A DNA stretch of 64,000 nucleotides from Gammaproteobacteria bacterium. Lineage in GTDB: Bacteria > Pseudomonadota > Gammaproteobacteria > Eutrophobiales > Eutrophobiaceae. This document shows positions 46,564 to 56,484 of this stretch, piece by piece; the stretch's first letter is position 1; every line of letters begins with the position of its first letter. The stretch is taken from NCBI GenBank assembly GCA_965243105.1, contig CBDEUC010000003.1, positions 2,088,370 to 2,152,369 on the forward strand, in the 5' to 3' direction. The position numbers and the translations under genes are program-made. Below the pieces are notes generated by a model that was not told where the DNA came from, ran no database searches, and saw only the letters and a list, made by a program, of their open reading frames with translations.

Positions 46564-47286
46564 ATGAAAACAGCAATTATCGCCGGCGTTGGACCGGTGG
46601 AGGGGCTGGGTGCGCAGCTTTGCCTGCGTTTTGCCAAGCAAGGTTTACATGTGGCGGTTGCCGGTAGAACCAGTGAAAAACTGGACCTTGTTGTCAGTGA
46701 GATTGAAAAGGCGGGTGGCCAGGCTACTGCGGCTATCTGCGACACTAGACATGAAAGCGATGTCACGCGCCTGTTCGAAGAGACAGCCAGGCTCGGGGAT
46801 ATATCACTGGCCGTATTCAACGTGGGAAATAATTATCCCGGTACCATCGTTGATATGGAGTCCGACTACTTTGAAAACGCCTGGCGCACGGTTTGCCTCG
46901 GTGGTTTTTATTTTGGTCGCGAGGCGGCAAAGCGCATGCTGGATCAAGGACAGGGTACGATCCTTTTTACGGGTGCCAGTGCCTCCCTTCGCGGCAAGGC
47001 CAATTTTGGTGCATTCAATTCCTCCAAGGCAGCACTGAGAACTTTTGCCCAGGCACTTGCTAAGGAGGTTGGGCCCGGTGGTGTACACGTGGGACATGTC
47101 GTCGTTGATGGCCCCATCAACGGGGACAAAATCAAGACCCGTTTTCCTGACTGGGCTGAAAGGGTGGGTGAGCAGGGAATGATCAGTATCGAAGGGATAG
47201 TGGATGCCTACGACTACCTCTATCAGCAGGATAAAACTGCCTGGAGTTTTGAACTGGATTTACGCACTGCCGTTGAAAATTGGTAA
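46564..47286 (+). CDS. short-chain dehydrogenase/reductase (SDR) family oxidoreductase
   Basis: N-terminal cofactor-binding glycine motif with GxGxxG spacing (AGVGPVEGLG, a non-canonical variant of the SDR TGxxxGxG) and a catalytic S…Y…K arrangement (SSKAALRTFAQALAKE). Its start is immediately adjacent to the upstream stop. Confidence 0.75.
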   Translation: MKTAIIAGVGPVEGLGAQLCLRFAKQGLHVAVAGRTSEKLDLVVSEIEKAGGQATAAICDTRHESDVTRLFEETARLGDISLAVFNVGNNYPGTIVDMESDYFENAWRTVCLGGFYFGREAAKRMLDQGQGTILFTGASASLRGKANFGAFNSSKAALRTFAQALAKEVGPGGVHVGHVVVDGPINGDKIKTRFPDWAERVGEQGMISIEGIVDAYDYLYQQDKTAWSFELDLRTAVENW

Positions 47287-47306
47287 GTGGATACTGACTG
47301 CTCATT

Positions 47307-47879
47307 TCAGGGAAATAAAAACTCTACGATACCAGGGATCCATTTTTCAAAACCCTGGAAAGAATGGTCACCCCCTTTTTCCACCAGTTGCCTGCAAGCT
47401 GCATATTTTTCAGTAGCCAGCCGGTAGTCCAGGGTTTCATCGCCGGTCTGAACCATCAGCCAGTAGTTTTCTGTTAGGCTGATTTCTGCAACTTCATGCT
47501 CAAGTAAATCGTGGACATGATGCTCGCGAAGCACGTAGCTCTCATTGGTATGATAGTTATGTAATTCTACGTCGACATAGTCGGGCTTCAATATGGAAGG
47601 CCTGACCGCGGGGTTGATAAGCACAGCGCGTAAATTGTAGGTTTCCACGAGCCAGGTTGCCCAGTAGCCGCCGAGGGAACTGCCAACCAGCCCGATGTTG
47701 CCAGGTAACAGGTTTTCTACGATGCCCTGCAGCGTGTCCCGGGTATCGGCAGCGTAGGGCGTCAACGCCGGGCAATGATACTGAATGTCGGAGCGATTAT
47801 TCCTGAGCCACTCCTTTACCAGTACAGCTTTATGGGACCTCGGAGAGCTGAGGAATCCATGAATATATAGCAGGTGCAT
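47307..47879 (-). CDS. esterase YqiA family (UPF0227)
   Basis: MHLLYIHGFLSSPRSHKA…LVGSSLGGYWATWL is the YqiA pattern. 190 aa. Confidence 0.7.
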   Translation of the reverse strand: MHLLYIHGFLSSPRSHKAVLVKEWLRNNRSDIQYHCPALTPYAADTRDTLQGIVENLLPGNIGLVGSSLGGYWATWLVETYNLRAVLINPAVRPSILKPDYVDVELHNYHTNESYVLREHHVHDLLEHEVAEISLTENYWLMVQTGDETLDYRLATEKYAACRQLVEKGGDHSFQGFEKWIPGIVEFLFP

Positions 47880-47886
47880 TGCACGC

Positions 47887-48534
47887 TTACTTTCCTGCCT
47901 GGAATTCGGTCAGTGCGGCCTGCCAGTCGGCATCAACAGTTTTACAGTGCTCGCGTGCTGAAATAAGCTCGCGTGATTCAGCAAGGCCCTTCACATCAGC
48001 GATGATATCCCAGTCGTAAAATGCCTGCGCGACGTTAGCGGGATAAATAAATGACTGGTAAACAAGAATGTCGGCAAAGGTGAATTCTGAACCCGTGATA
48101 AAGGGATCAAAGTTGGCCAGCTGGTTCAGGGCACGGATTCCTTTTTCCATGATTGGTTTCACTTCCGCAACTGCCGTTTCGTTAATCGCATCGCCAAAGA
48201 ACAGGTGGCTGTAGTGACGACGCGCGCTTAATTCAATATACAATTCGCATACATGCATGATCTCCCTGGCCTTCGCCCGTGCAAGGGGATCTGCGGGAAG
48301 TAAAGGTTGGGCTGGAAACGCATCTTCAAGATAATCCAGGATCACCACGGTTTCGCAAAGGAAAGTGCCATCCACTTCGATGCTGGGTACTTTTCCCATC
48401 GGGCTTTTTGCCAGGTATCCCGGGTCCTGGCTGGGCATGGTGTGTACTTCTTCGAATTCAATACCCTTTTCCAGCATTGCCCACCTGAGCATGTTGTAGT
48501 AATTGCTAACCCTGAACCCATAAAGCTTGATCAT
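47887..48534 (-). CDS. glutathione S-transferase family protein
   Basis: 215-aa protein with an N-terminal thioredoxin-like GST domain (MIKLYGFRVSNYYNMLRWAMLEKGIEFEEV…SPMGKVP) and a C-terminal helical domain. Confidence 0.8.
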   Translation of the reverse strand: MIKLYGFRVSNYYNMLRWAMLEKGIEFEEVHTMPSQDPGYLAKSPMGKVPSIEVDGTFLCETVVILDYLEDAFPAQPLLPADPLARAKAREIMHVCELYIELSARRHYSHLFFGDAINETAVAEVKPIMEKGIRALNQLANFDPFITGSEFTFADILVYQSFIYPANVAQAFYDWDIIADVKGLAESRELISAREHCKTVDADWQAALTEFQAGK

Positions 48535-48650
48535 TTTCGGTCTCCGTGCTTGAGCATTAGAAATATAAATAATAACGCTGCCTGGTTGATGTGATAAATC
48601 TCTCTTGCTTACTTAATTATAATGCTGATATATGCCTCGCTTACTATCAC

Positions 48651-50186
48651 TTATTCCCTGGTATGTTCCAGCCGGTAGAATATACCTACAGCAAAATCAT
48701 TTTTACCGTGGGCCAAGGTCGAAGATTGAAAAATTTCTTCAAAGGACAAAGCTGAATTTTTCATCTGCTTCGGGGAAATATAAAATTTAGCGGATGGAAT
48801 TGAATAATAATACTTGCATCTAATACTTCCACTATCAAGTAACTGATCCTGTCCCCAGTCTGGTAGAAAAGACGGTAACAGCGCATTTGCAGCCACGATT
48901 GAGGCAAAATTACTATAGACACAAGACCCTGGTTCGACGGTATCCTTGATGGTGGAAATATCAAGCATTACCTGTTTTATCACGGAGACCCTTGATATTG
49001 CATCATCTTCGTTCGGAATCCTTGTCCATTCCCGCGTTCGTGAAAGTTCCATGCTTTCAATTCGGGGGGCATTTAGCAATCTCCCAACAGTCCGGCCGAT
49101 GCCATTTTCAAAATTAGTTGCAAGGAAAAAAAGTGTTATTGTGAACAATACCGGGTAACGATACCTGTCAATCTTGAGAACTTGAATAGCGGAAAACATT
49201 GCCACCAATAATGCCGGTAGCAATGCCCAGAGAAGCCTTGGATATTGCCCCGGAAAAGGCCAGGCGGCTATCAGGACGAGGGAAAAAATTGCATACCAGG
49301 CATCCACACGGTTCTTTAACAGTCGTAGATACAGGCCCGGTATTACCAGAATACCAGCTACCAGGCTTGTCGGTATGTTGTCCCACAACCCGATCCATCC
49401 ATTAATAAGCGAGCCGGCTTGTGAAAAAATATAGCTAACTCCGGACGCTTCTATTTCCTGCATGAAAATGGAAATGTAGCCAGGACTTGAGGGGAGACCA
49501 AGGCTGAGATAAAACATCAGCAGCAGACCAGTAACCAGGCCTGGCAGGTAATAAAGGAAGTTATGGAAATTGCGGCCCGCAGCCAGGGCGCAGGGGATAG
49601 CAAGGGCGAGCATCCAGCCTGTACTTCGCGTAGCTATACATAAACCTGTCAAGGCGCCGATTAGCATCCATTTATATGAACTTGTGCTGTCACAACGACA
49701 CAGAAGCAGGACCAGCGTTGTCAGCAACAAAAACAGGTATTCAGAAAGAAGGTAGGCAAGCTGGTCAAGGGCTACAGGTAGAAATATCAGCAGCGACGAA
49801 GCGAGGAACGCTGCGAAAACAGGGACTTTTTCACGAATCAGCCAGGCCATGGAAAGGCTTGCTGCCATTCCGAGAAACACCGCGTTTAGCATCGCGGCCG
49901 AATCCGCATTTACCAGTACATCGCCTGCAAACGAGAGTATGAACGGATATAGAGGAGGATATTGTCTCGACTGCAGCATCAACTGGAGAAAGTCATCCTG
50001 CTCGCCCCGGTTTGAGTACCATTCAGCCATTAGCGCATACCAGGCATCATCCCAGTAGAGACCCAGTGGAGGAGAAGGCAGCATTAGCCATGCACACAGC
50101 AAAGAGAAAGCGGTAAAGGCGACGATCACAACGACAACAGTCCGGCCCGCGGCCGGTTTTGAACCCTGCCTGTATGCTAGTTCCAT
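48651..50186 (-). CDS. polytopic integral membrane protein, possible GT-C-fold glycosyltransferase (ArnT/PMT-like)
   Basis: 511-aa protein with at least 10 predicted TM helices and a C-terminal soluble domain. There is an N-terminal DD/W-rich loop (YWDDAWYALMAEWY). Assignment is from architecture only. Confidence 0.45.
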   Translation of the reverse strand: MELAYRQGSKPAAGRTVVVVIVAFTAFSLLCAWLMLPSPPLGLYWDDAWYALMAEWYSNRGEQDDFLQLMLQSRQYPPLYPFILSFAGDVLVNADSAAMLNAVFLGMAASLSMAWLIREKVPVFAAFLASSLLIFLPVALDQLAYLLSEYLFLLLTTLVLLLCRCDSTSSYKWMLIGALTGLCIATRSTGWMLALAIPCALAAGRNFHNFLYYLPGLVTGLLLMFYLSLGLPSSPGYISIFMQEIEASGVSYIFSQAGSLINGWIGLWDNIPTSLVAGILVIPGLYLRLLKNRVDAWYAIFSLVLIAAWPFPGQYPRLLWALLPALLVAMFSAIQVLKIDRYRYPVLFTITLFFLATNFENGIGRTVGRLLNAPRIESMELSRTREWTRIPNEDDAISRVSVIKQVMLDISTIKDTVEPGSCVYSNFASIVAANALLPSFLPDWGQDQLLDSGSIRCKYYYSIPSAKFYISPKQMKNSALSFEEIFQSSTLAHGKNDFAVGIFYRLEHTRE

Positions 50187-50254
50187 ATTGTGCGAGGCCG
50201 GGCACTGGATTGGCGTGTAAAGACAATCACGGTCGCAATTGAAAAAGGTAAAAA

Positions 50255-53200
50255 CTAATTGGATTTACTCTTGTTAAAGTTCGGGTTGCTGTAGGGGGTA
50301 CGCGGACGTATGTATCCGGCCGGGTTGCGTTTCCTGGTAAGTACGTTATTGATTTGCCATTGCTGGGTTTCACTGACCTCACCAAGGTAATGGATATCAC
50401 CATTAAGTTGTTTCGCTAGTGGTAAGCCATTGCTGAACAAAATTCGGTTTGTGTGAAGTGCCGGGATACGTTCACCGGGTAATATGATACCGACAAGGTT
50501 GAGTGGGTCCGTCGCAGAAATAACGCAATCGGGTAGCCTGGAGTTATTGTTACGTTGTTTTCGCAGGAGTCCGACGGCTTCAGGCAGGGCAAATTGCTCT
50601 CCTCCAAAACCATCTACAAAGCGTCCGCCCCTGATTTCACCGCGGGCTTCCATGCGACGGTAAACATAGAGTAGCTCTCGCCAGGGCGGAAGATTGCTTT
50701 CCCGTTCCAGTACTTTCCTGAAGACCACGCCGTATCTCTTTAACAGGCAATAGGCAACATGGTTCAGGGTTTCTTCATCAGTCTTTATCCACGCGGAGGT
50801 CGATGCAGCGGTAACGTCATTATCGCTGCCCGCTATAATGGACCATCGTCCCGCGTTGTCGATGCCGAAGGTTGCATTGGCTCCACGTCGGCGCCTGTGC
50901 TGTCGGCCGAAAGCCGGTCGCTTGTTGACCGGCGTGATTAAAGCTCGAAGACCGGCGAAACTATCCGAGGTAACAAGTCCGCTGGCAGCCAGCTCGGCCA
51001 GGCCTTCCTCAACATGGGTTCTAAGCATGCCGGTGTGGCCGACGATATCTACAAAGAAACTGGCGCCCTGCTTTTCAAGACACTCAAGTATTGCTTTCGC
51101 CCCTGAAGAGAGCGATACGCGCATGCTGTCGCCGGACTCCTGCAGAGATTGCCAGTCGGAAACATCCTGTCGATCAAGCAGCGTTACCGGGCTGTTTCTC
51201 AGCAGGTTGGCCTTGTTACCAGTCGTTTCGGCATTCCGTTGCCTGTGCAGCCGTGTCCAGATGATTCGGCCACTGCTACAAAGCTGGTCAAGACTGGACG
51301 AAACATAGCCCCTTATTCGAGTCGGTAGAATGTCCTGTTCCCATGCAGCTGCTGCAATGGGAAATCCCTGCAGGCGGTCGATTGCATTGGCCAGCGCTTC
51401 ATCCCCTTCCGGCCTGGTATCACCCATACCGTGCCACTGGAACAGGAAGCGCATGTAGTCTGCGGTCGTCACTGCCTGGATTTCCCTGCGCAGTGATTTG
51501 ATCGTGTAACGATGCATACGTGCCAGCAGTCCGCGTTCGCACCATTCGATATCCTCCGTCGAATTGGTATATTGCCCCTGCATGGCATAGCCTTCATTTT
51601 CCAGCGTCAGCATCGCCTGTCTTAACTCCCCTTGTGAACATTCAAAAAGTTCGGCAAGTGCATTTTCACGAACGGGCCCCGAGCATTCCAGGCGAGCCCG
51701 GGCCAGCTCCACCAGGGCCGGTTCCCTGTCCCAGCTTACAGCTGAACTGGAGCCTGCGGGTTCAATATGCGGGTTCATACTATGATCACTGAACACGGCT
51801 TTCACCTGCGCAAGCCGTTCAGCACAGACCCAGAGCAACTGCTTGCCAGTGTTAACTTGCGTGACTCGGCTGTCACGGGTCAAGGGCTCCAGGAAAGGGT
51901 GATAATTCATCCCGGCCGGGTTGTTTCCCACAAGTTCATCATCAGTGAGAACACCAAGCACCATGATTGCATCATGTAATTCTTCTACACTGCTGACCGA
52001 TGGCCACGCTTCCCTGCAAACCTCGCGTATGGCATCAGCGTCGAGCTTTGCAATTTCTGATGCTTCAGCCGGACTCATGAATCGCCGTGCTGCCACGGCT
52101 CGCGTTCTTCTTTCTTCAGCGGGTGCATCATCGAGAAAGGCATAGGGTCGTGCTGTAAGTATTTCCTGCGCAAGCGGTGAGGGGCTACTCAGGTCGCGGC
52201 AATGGACCGTGATTTCCCGGGCTTCAATCTTTCTAAGGATGCCCTTCAGGGACTCGATATCCATTAATTCATTCAGGCAGTCGTCAACTGTTTGATCCAC
52301 CAGTGGGTGTTCAGGTATTTCCCGTTCACCGGCAATGTTGTCCTGGCAGGCCAACTGGTCAGGGAACACCAGGGCCAGTAAGTCCTCGGAATCAGAGCGC
52401 TGAAAAACCGGGGGAACCTTGCTTCCGGCATAATTCCGTTTTACTGCAAGTGAAATCGTGGCGTTCCAGCGCCAGTGGGTAGGAAACATGGGAGCGCCCA
52501 GCATGGCCTGGCTTACAACCTCCTCGATGCTGTTGGAATGCACAAAACGGATGGCGTCTTCCAGGGGGAAACTGTGCGTCGCTCCAAGTGATATCACGAT
52601 ACTGTCTTCCAGCGCAGCCGCCTGCAGTTCAAAATTAAACTGCTTGCAAAAGCGCTTGCGCATACCAAGCCCCCAGGCCTTGTTCACCCTTGACCCGTAT
52701 GGAGAGTGAATAACCAGGTGCTGATCGCCGGCTTCATCAAAAAAACGCTCAAATACGATGTCTTTCTGAGTAGGTATACAGCCCAGCGCGGCCTGTGTTG
52801 TGGCAAGGTAAGAAACCAGCTGGTCTGCTGCAGCCGTATCCAGCCGCAGTTCGTTTACCAACCATGCCTGTGCAGTTTGCATACCCTGTTCAAGCTGCTC
52901 GCCGACATTTTGCCGAAGCCGGGAAACTGCGTGGCTCAGGGCATCTGAGCGCCCAGGTGCTTCGCCAAACCAGAACGGGATATTGGGTGGCTGGCCCTGG
53001 GCATCCTGTACGCGCACTTTCCCCTGTTCGACCCGAAGAATACGATAGGAGGTATTACCAAGCTGAAAAATATCGCCAGGTAAAGACTCAAAGGCAAAGT
53101 CTTCATTGAGTGTGCCAACAAAATGTCCTTCCGGTTCCATGAATACGTCATAGTCAAACTGGTCTGGAATCGCACCACCATTTGTTACTGCGGTGAGTTT

Positions 53201-54760
53201 TGCCCCTTTACGCGCGCTTACACGGTGATTGACCGCGTCGTGATGAAGGTATCGGCTTCGCCTGCCGCGGCTGGTCGCAAAACCCTGTGACAACATCTCG
53301 ATGATTTCATCAAACTTTTCTCTTGCCAGGTCGCGATAAGGATAGGCCAGCTTGATGTGCGAAAATAATTCAGAAAGTGACCATTCCTCGCAGGCCACCT
53401 CGGCTATGATCTGCTGGCAGAGTACATCCAGGTGACCCTTCGGCACGCTTAGCTGATCCAGCTCATCGCGTCGCACCGCATCGAGGATGGCGCAGCATTC
53501 AACCAGGTCATCACGACTGAGAGGAAAGAGACGAGCCCTGGGTATTGCGTTTACACTGTGCCCGGCGCGACCCGCGCGCTGTAGAAAGGCGGAAATGGAT
53601 TTGGGAGAGCCAAGTTGGCAGACCAGGTCTATGTCACCAATGTCGATACCAAGTTCCAGGGATGCTGTCGCCACCAGCGCCTTCAGTTCACCCCGTTTTA
53701 GTCGTTTCTCAGCCTGTAGACGGTGTTCCCGCGCCAGGCTGCCATGATGGGCCGTGACGTATTCTTCTCCGATTCTCTCGGCGAGGAATCTTGCTGCCCG
53801 TTCAGCAAGACGTCGCGTGTTTACAAATATGAGAGTCGTCCGGTGATTTTCAATGAGTTCTTCCAGCCGTGTATAAATTTCCTGCCAGATCTCACCCGAC
53901 ATGACCGCCTCCAGCGGTGAGCCGGGTATTTCGAGGGCCAGGTCCCTTTCCCGGGAGTGACCGCTATCAATAATATGACAGCTTTCCTCGCGCGCACCGA
54001 CTAGAAAGCGGGCAACTTCCTCTATGGGGCTTTGTGTTGCAGACAAACCGATACGGGTAAATGGATCCTTGCATAGCGCCTGCAGGCGTTCCAGGGACAG
54101 CGAGAGATGTGTTCCGCGCTTGTTGGTGGCGAGGGCATGGATTTCATCGACGATGACGGTCCTGACTGATTTCAACATGTCCCTGCCGGAATCACTTGTA
54201 AGCAGGATGAACAATGATTCGGGCGTGGTCACCAGGATATGCGGCGGGGTCTGTCGCATCCTGGTACGTTCACTTTGCGGTGTGTCACCGCTTCGAACTG
54301 CAGTACGAATATTTACCGCTGGCAGACCAAGCTCCAGCAAATTGTCCGCGATACCATCCAGGGGCTCCTGCAAGTTGATCTGGATATCATTGGAAAGTGC
54401 TTTAAGGGGCGAGACGTATAGTACATAGGTCTGGTTTGACAGGCCCTTTTCGAGTCCCTCAATGACAAGGTCGTCAATCGCGGAGAGAAACGCGGCCAGT
54501 GTTTTACCACTACCGGTTGGTGCAGCAATGAGTGTATGTCCACCTTTCTTTATTGCCGGCCATGCTTGTTCCTGGGAAACCGTGGCGGAACCAAAGGTAC
54601 TGTGAAGCCAGTTTTGAACTGCAGGATGAAACAGGGCTTTTGACATCATTGAATAATACACCAATACTCGCTCTCCATCGCGGTCATAAATCGAAGCTCT
54701 GCTATCAGGAACAGGAATAACAGGAATGAGTGCCTGGGATAAATTCAGCATTAACGACAA
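50255..54760 (-). CDS. lhr: large ATP-dependent helicase Lhr (DEAD/DEAH box, superfamily 2)
   Basis: About 1500-aa protein. It has Walker A APTGSGKT, DEIH in motif II, conserved C-terminal Lhr extension domains, and size parity with E. coli Lhr (1538 aa). The true start may be the downstream Met (MMSKALF…). Confidence 0.88.
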   Translation of the reverse strand: MSLMLNLSQALIPVIPVPDSRASIYDRDGERVLVYYSMMSKALFHPAVQNWLHSTFGSATVSQEQAWPAIKKGGHTLIAAPTGSGKTLAAFLSAIDDLVIEGLEKGLSNQTYVLYVSPLKALSNDIQINLQEPLDGIADNLLELGLPAVNIRTAVRSGDTPQSERTRMRQTPPHILVTTPESLFILLTSDSGRDMLKSVRTVIVDEIHALATNKRGTHLSLSLERLQALCKDPFTRIGLSATQSPIEEVARFLVGAREESCHIIDSGHSRERDLALEIPGSPLEAVMSGEIWQEIYTRLEELIENHRTTLIFVNTRRLAERAARFLAERIGEEYVTAHHGSLAREHRLQAEKRLKRGELKALVATASLELGIDIGDIDLVCQLGSPKSISAFLQRAGRAGHSVNAIPRARLFPLSRDDLVECCAILDAVRRDELDQLSVPKGHLDVLCQQIIAEVACEEWSLSELFSHIKLAYPYRDLAREKFDEIIEMLSQGFATSRGRRSRYLHHDAVNHRVSARKGAKLTAVTNGGAIPDQFDYDVFMEPEGHFVGTLNEDFAFESLPGDIFQLGNTSYRILRVEQGKVRVQDAQGQPPNIPFWFGEAPGRSDALSHAVSRLRQNVGEQLEQGMQTAQAWLVNELRLDTAAADQLVSYLATTQAALGCIPTQKDIVFERFFDEAGDQHLVIHSPYGSRVNKAWGLGMRKRFCKQFNFELQAAALEDSIVISLGATHSFPLEDAIRFVHSNSIEEVVSQAMLGAPMFPTHWRWNATISLAVKRNYAGSKVPPVFQRSDSEDLLALVFPDQLACQDNIAGEREIPEHPLVDQTVDDCLNELMDIESLKGILRKIEAREITVHCRDLSSPSPLAQEILTARPYAFLDDAPAEERRTRAVAARRFMSPAEASEIAKLDADAIREVCREAWPSVSSVEELHDAIMVLGVLTDDELVGNNPAGMNYHPFLEPLTRDSRVTQVNTGKQLLWVCAERLAQVKAVFSDHSMNPHIEPAGSSSAVSWDREPALVELARARLECSGPVRENALAELFECSQGELRQAMLTLENEGYAMQGQYTNSTEDIEWCERGLLARMHRYTIKSLRREIQAVTTADYMRFLFQWHGMGDTRPEGDEALANAIDRLQGFPIAAAAWEQDILPTRIRGYVSSSLDQLCSSGRIIWTRLHRQRNAETTGNKANLLRNSPVTLLDRQDVSDWQSLQESGDSMRVSLSSGAKAILECLEKQGASFFVDIVGHTGMLRTHVEEGLAELAASGLVTSDSFAGLRALITPVNKRPAFGRQHRRRRGANATFGIDNAGRWSIIAGSDNDVTAASTSAWIKTDEETLNHVAYCLLKRYGVVFRKVLERESNLPPWRELLYVYRRMEARGEIRGGRFVDGFGGEQFALPEAVGLLRKQRNNNSRLPDCVISATDPLNLVGIILPGERIPALHTNRILFSNGLPLAKQLNGDIHYLGEVSETQQWQINNVLTRKRNPAGYIRPRTPYSNPNFNKSKSN

Positions 54761-55346
54761 GCAAAACTGGATATTTGACCTTGATGGAACACTGACGGTG
54801 AGTGTGCACGACTTTGACTATGTTCGGGCTGAGCTCGGGCTGGATGATGATGTGCCAATTCTCGAGGAACTTCGAGCCATGCCTGAAGAGCAGGCGGCGC
54901 CGCTCTGGGAGCGGCTGAACGAGATTGAATTCTACTACGCCAGTAAGGCCAGGGTCACGGACGGTAGCGTCGCCCTGCTGGAACGCCTGGCGCAGCGGGG
55001 CGCCAGGCTGGGAATTTTCACAAGGAACATGATGCCGGTCGTGCAGGAAACCCTGCGAGCCTGTGGTATTGACCACCTTTTTTCCGCAGAGGTTATCGTG
55101 GATCGCGATACCTGTACGCCGAAACCCTCTCCCGAGGGTATCTACCATCTACTGGATCTATGGCAAGGTAATACGCAGCAAACCGTTATGGTAGGGGATT
55201 ACCTGTATGACCTGCAGTCCGGAAGAAAAGCCGGGGTGACTACCATTCACGTCGATAACGATCGCGGCGAAAAATGGCCGGAATACACTGACATATATAT
55301 TCGAAATTTTGCCGAAATTACCGAGGTGCTTGGAAAACCTTCCTGA
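54726..55346 (+). CDS. HAD-superfamily hydrolase (phosphatase)
   Basis: Motif I FDLDGTL, motif III K…, motif IV GDYLYD. 206 aa. Confidence 0.8.
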   Translation: MSAWDKFSINDKQNWIFDLDGTLTVSVHDFDYVRAELGLDDDVPILEELRAMPEEQAAPLWERLNEIEFYYASKARVTDGSVALLERLAQRGARLGIFTRNMMPVVQETLRACGIDHLFSAEVIVDRDTCTPKPSPEGIYHLLDLWQGNTQQTVMVGDYLYDLQSGRKAGVTTIHVDNDRGEKWPEYTDIYIRNFAEITEVLGKPS

Positions 55347-55365
55347 GGTCGGGTTACCGGGGCGC

Positions 55366-55878
55366 TTATTTCTTCGCAAATTCAACCAGGCTGGCATGGG
55401 AGAACATGTAATCCTGGCCCTCAAGTGGCACGTGGCAGGCTGCGCACTCGAGGTCGTTCTTTTTCACTGAACCATCGGTATTGTAAATGGCGAAACCCCA
55501 GCCGCCGGCACGATGTTCACCGCCAAAAGACTCATCCCAGCTATCGCGTTTTTCCATGACAGCGATTGCTGCGAACTTGCCTTTTTCAAAGAGACCGTTG
55601 CTGTCCATCATGGCATTGCCGCTTTCGTCCATTTTTGTCTTGTAAATTTCCATAACGATAACGGAACCATCGGCGAGGGTACCACCTGCAGCTGAATCAA
55701 CAGCGGTTTTGTTGGCATAGAGAACCGCGAGCTGCTTGCCATTTCCGCGATTACGTACGTCGTAGTTTGAGAAGCCTGACAGGTAATCACCCGGGAAGCT
55801 GACAAATTCTGGATTACCGCCAGCGAAAGCGGCGATAGCAACTGGTATAAGGGTCATGATTAACAGTGTTCTTTTCAT
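55366..55878 (-). CDS. cytochrome P460 family protein
   Basis: Signal peptide MKRTLLIMTLIPVAIAAFA and a single CxxCH heme motif (CAACH) near the C-terminus. The size of about 170 aa matches P460. The start is taken at ATG 55878 with RBS GAGAGGA. Confidence 0.7.
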   Translation of the reverse strand: MKRTLLIMTLIPVAIAAFAGGNPEFVSFPGDYLSGFSNYDVRNRGNGKQLAVLYANKTAVDSAAGGTLADGSVIVMEIYKTKMDESGNAMMDSNGLFEKGKFAAIAVMEKRDSWDESFGGEHRAGGWGFAIYNTDGSVKKNDLECAACHVPLEGQDYMFSHASLVEFAKK

Positions 55879-55983
55879 TTCAGATCCTCTCAAATATAAA
55901 AATGCTTCGTGCACGAAATATTGTAAAAGCGAGTATAGTGAAGCTAAAATTCAAACACAATCATTTAGTGTACGAAATAAATC

Positions 55984-56427
55984 ATGAGCAAAGCAGACCT
56001 AAGGGCTCCACGTCTCGGGGAACAAGTATGTTACGCGCTTTATTCAACTTCAAGGGAGATCACCCGCGCCTACAAGCCCCTGTTATCGCCATTGAGCCTG
56101 ACATACCCCCAATACGTGGTCATGATGGCCCTGTGGAAGAACGACAACATCATGATTAGCCAGCTTTCAGAGGCGACCGGGATCGGTAATGCCACGCTTA
56201 CGCCGCTGCTTAGAAGACTGGAAACTACCGGGTATATTGAGCGACAGTTCAAGGCAGCTGATGAGCGCCAGAAATTACTCAAACTGACCTCAAAGGGCGA
56301 GGCACTGGCGAAAAAAGCAAAAAAGGCAAGCGAAGCGGCTCTTTGCGCGACAGGTCTCAGCGAGGGGCAGGCCAGGAAACTTTTGTCCCTTTGCGATGCC
56401 ATAAAAGACCGTCTGCACGCAACATAA
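55984..56427 (+). CDS. MarR-family regulator, OhrR-like (reactive-Cys organic-peroxide sensor type)
   Basis: 147-aa protein. N-terminal LGEQVCYALYSTSR matches the OhrR Cys-containing motif (LxxQLCFALY). It has a winged-helix core. Confidence 0.7.
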   Translation: MSKADLRAPRLGEQVCYALYSTSREITRAYKPLLSPLSLTYPQYVVMMALWKNDNIMISQLSEATGIGNATLTPLLRRLETTGYIERQFKAADERQKLLKLTSKGEALAKKAKKASEAALCATGLSEGQARKLLSLCDAIKDRLHAT

Positions 56428-56484
56428 CTTGCGGCCAGGCTGAACCTGTCGCCCTGGTCAACATATCAAAGCTGGAGGAAATCA

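Noticed and set aside
50759-54428. Multiple 60-156 aa plus-strand ORFs within the Lhr region
   Set aside because: They are all antisense to the continuous 1501-codon Lhr frame. None has a recognisable domain.
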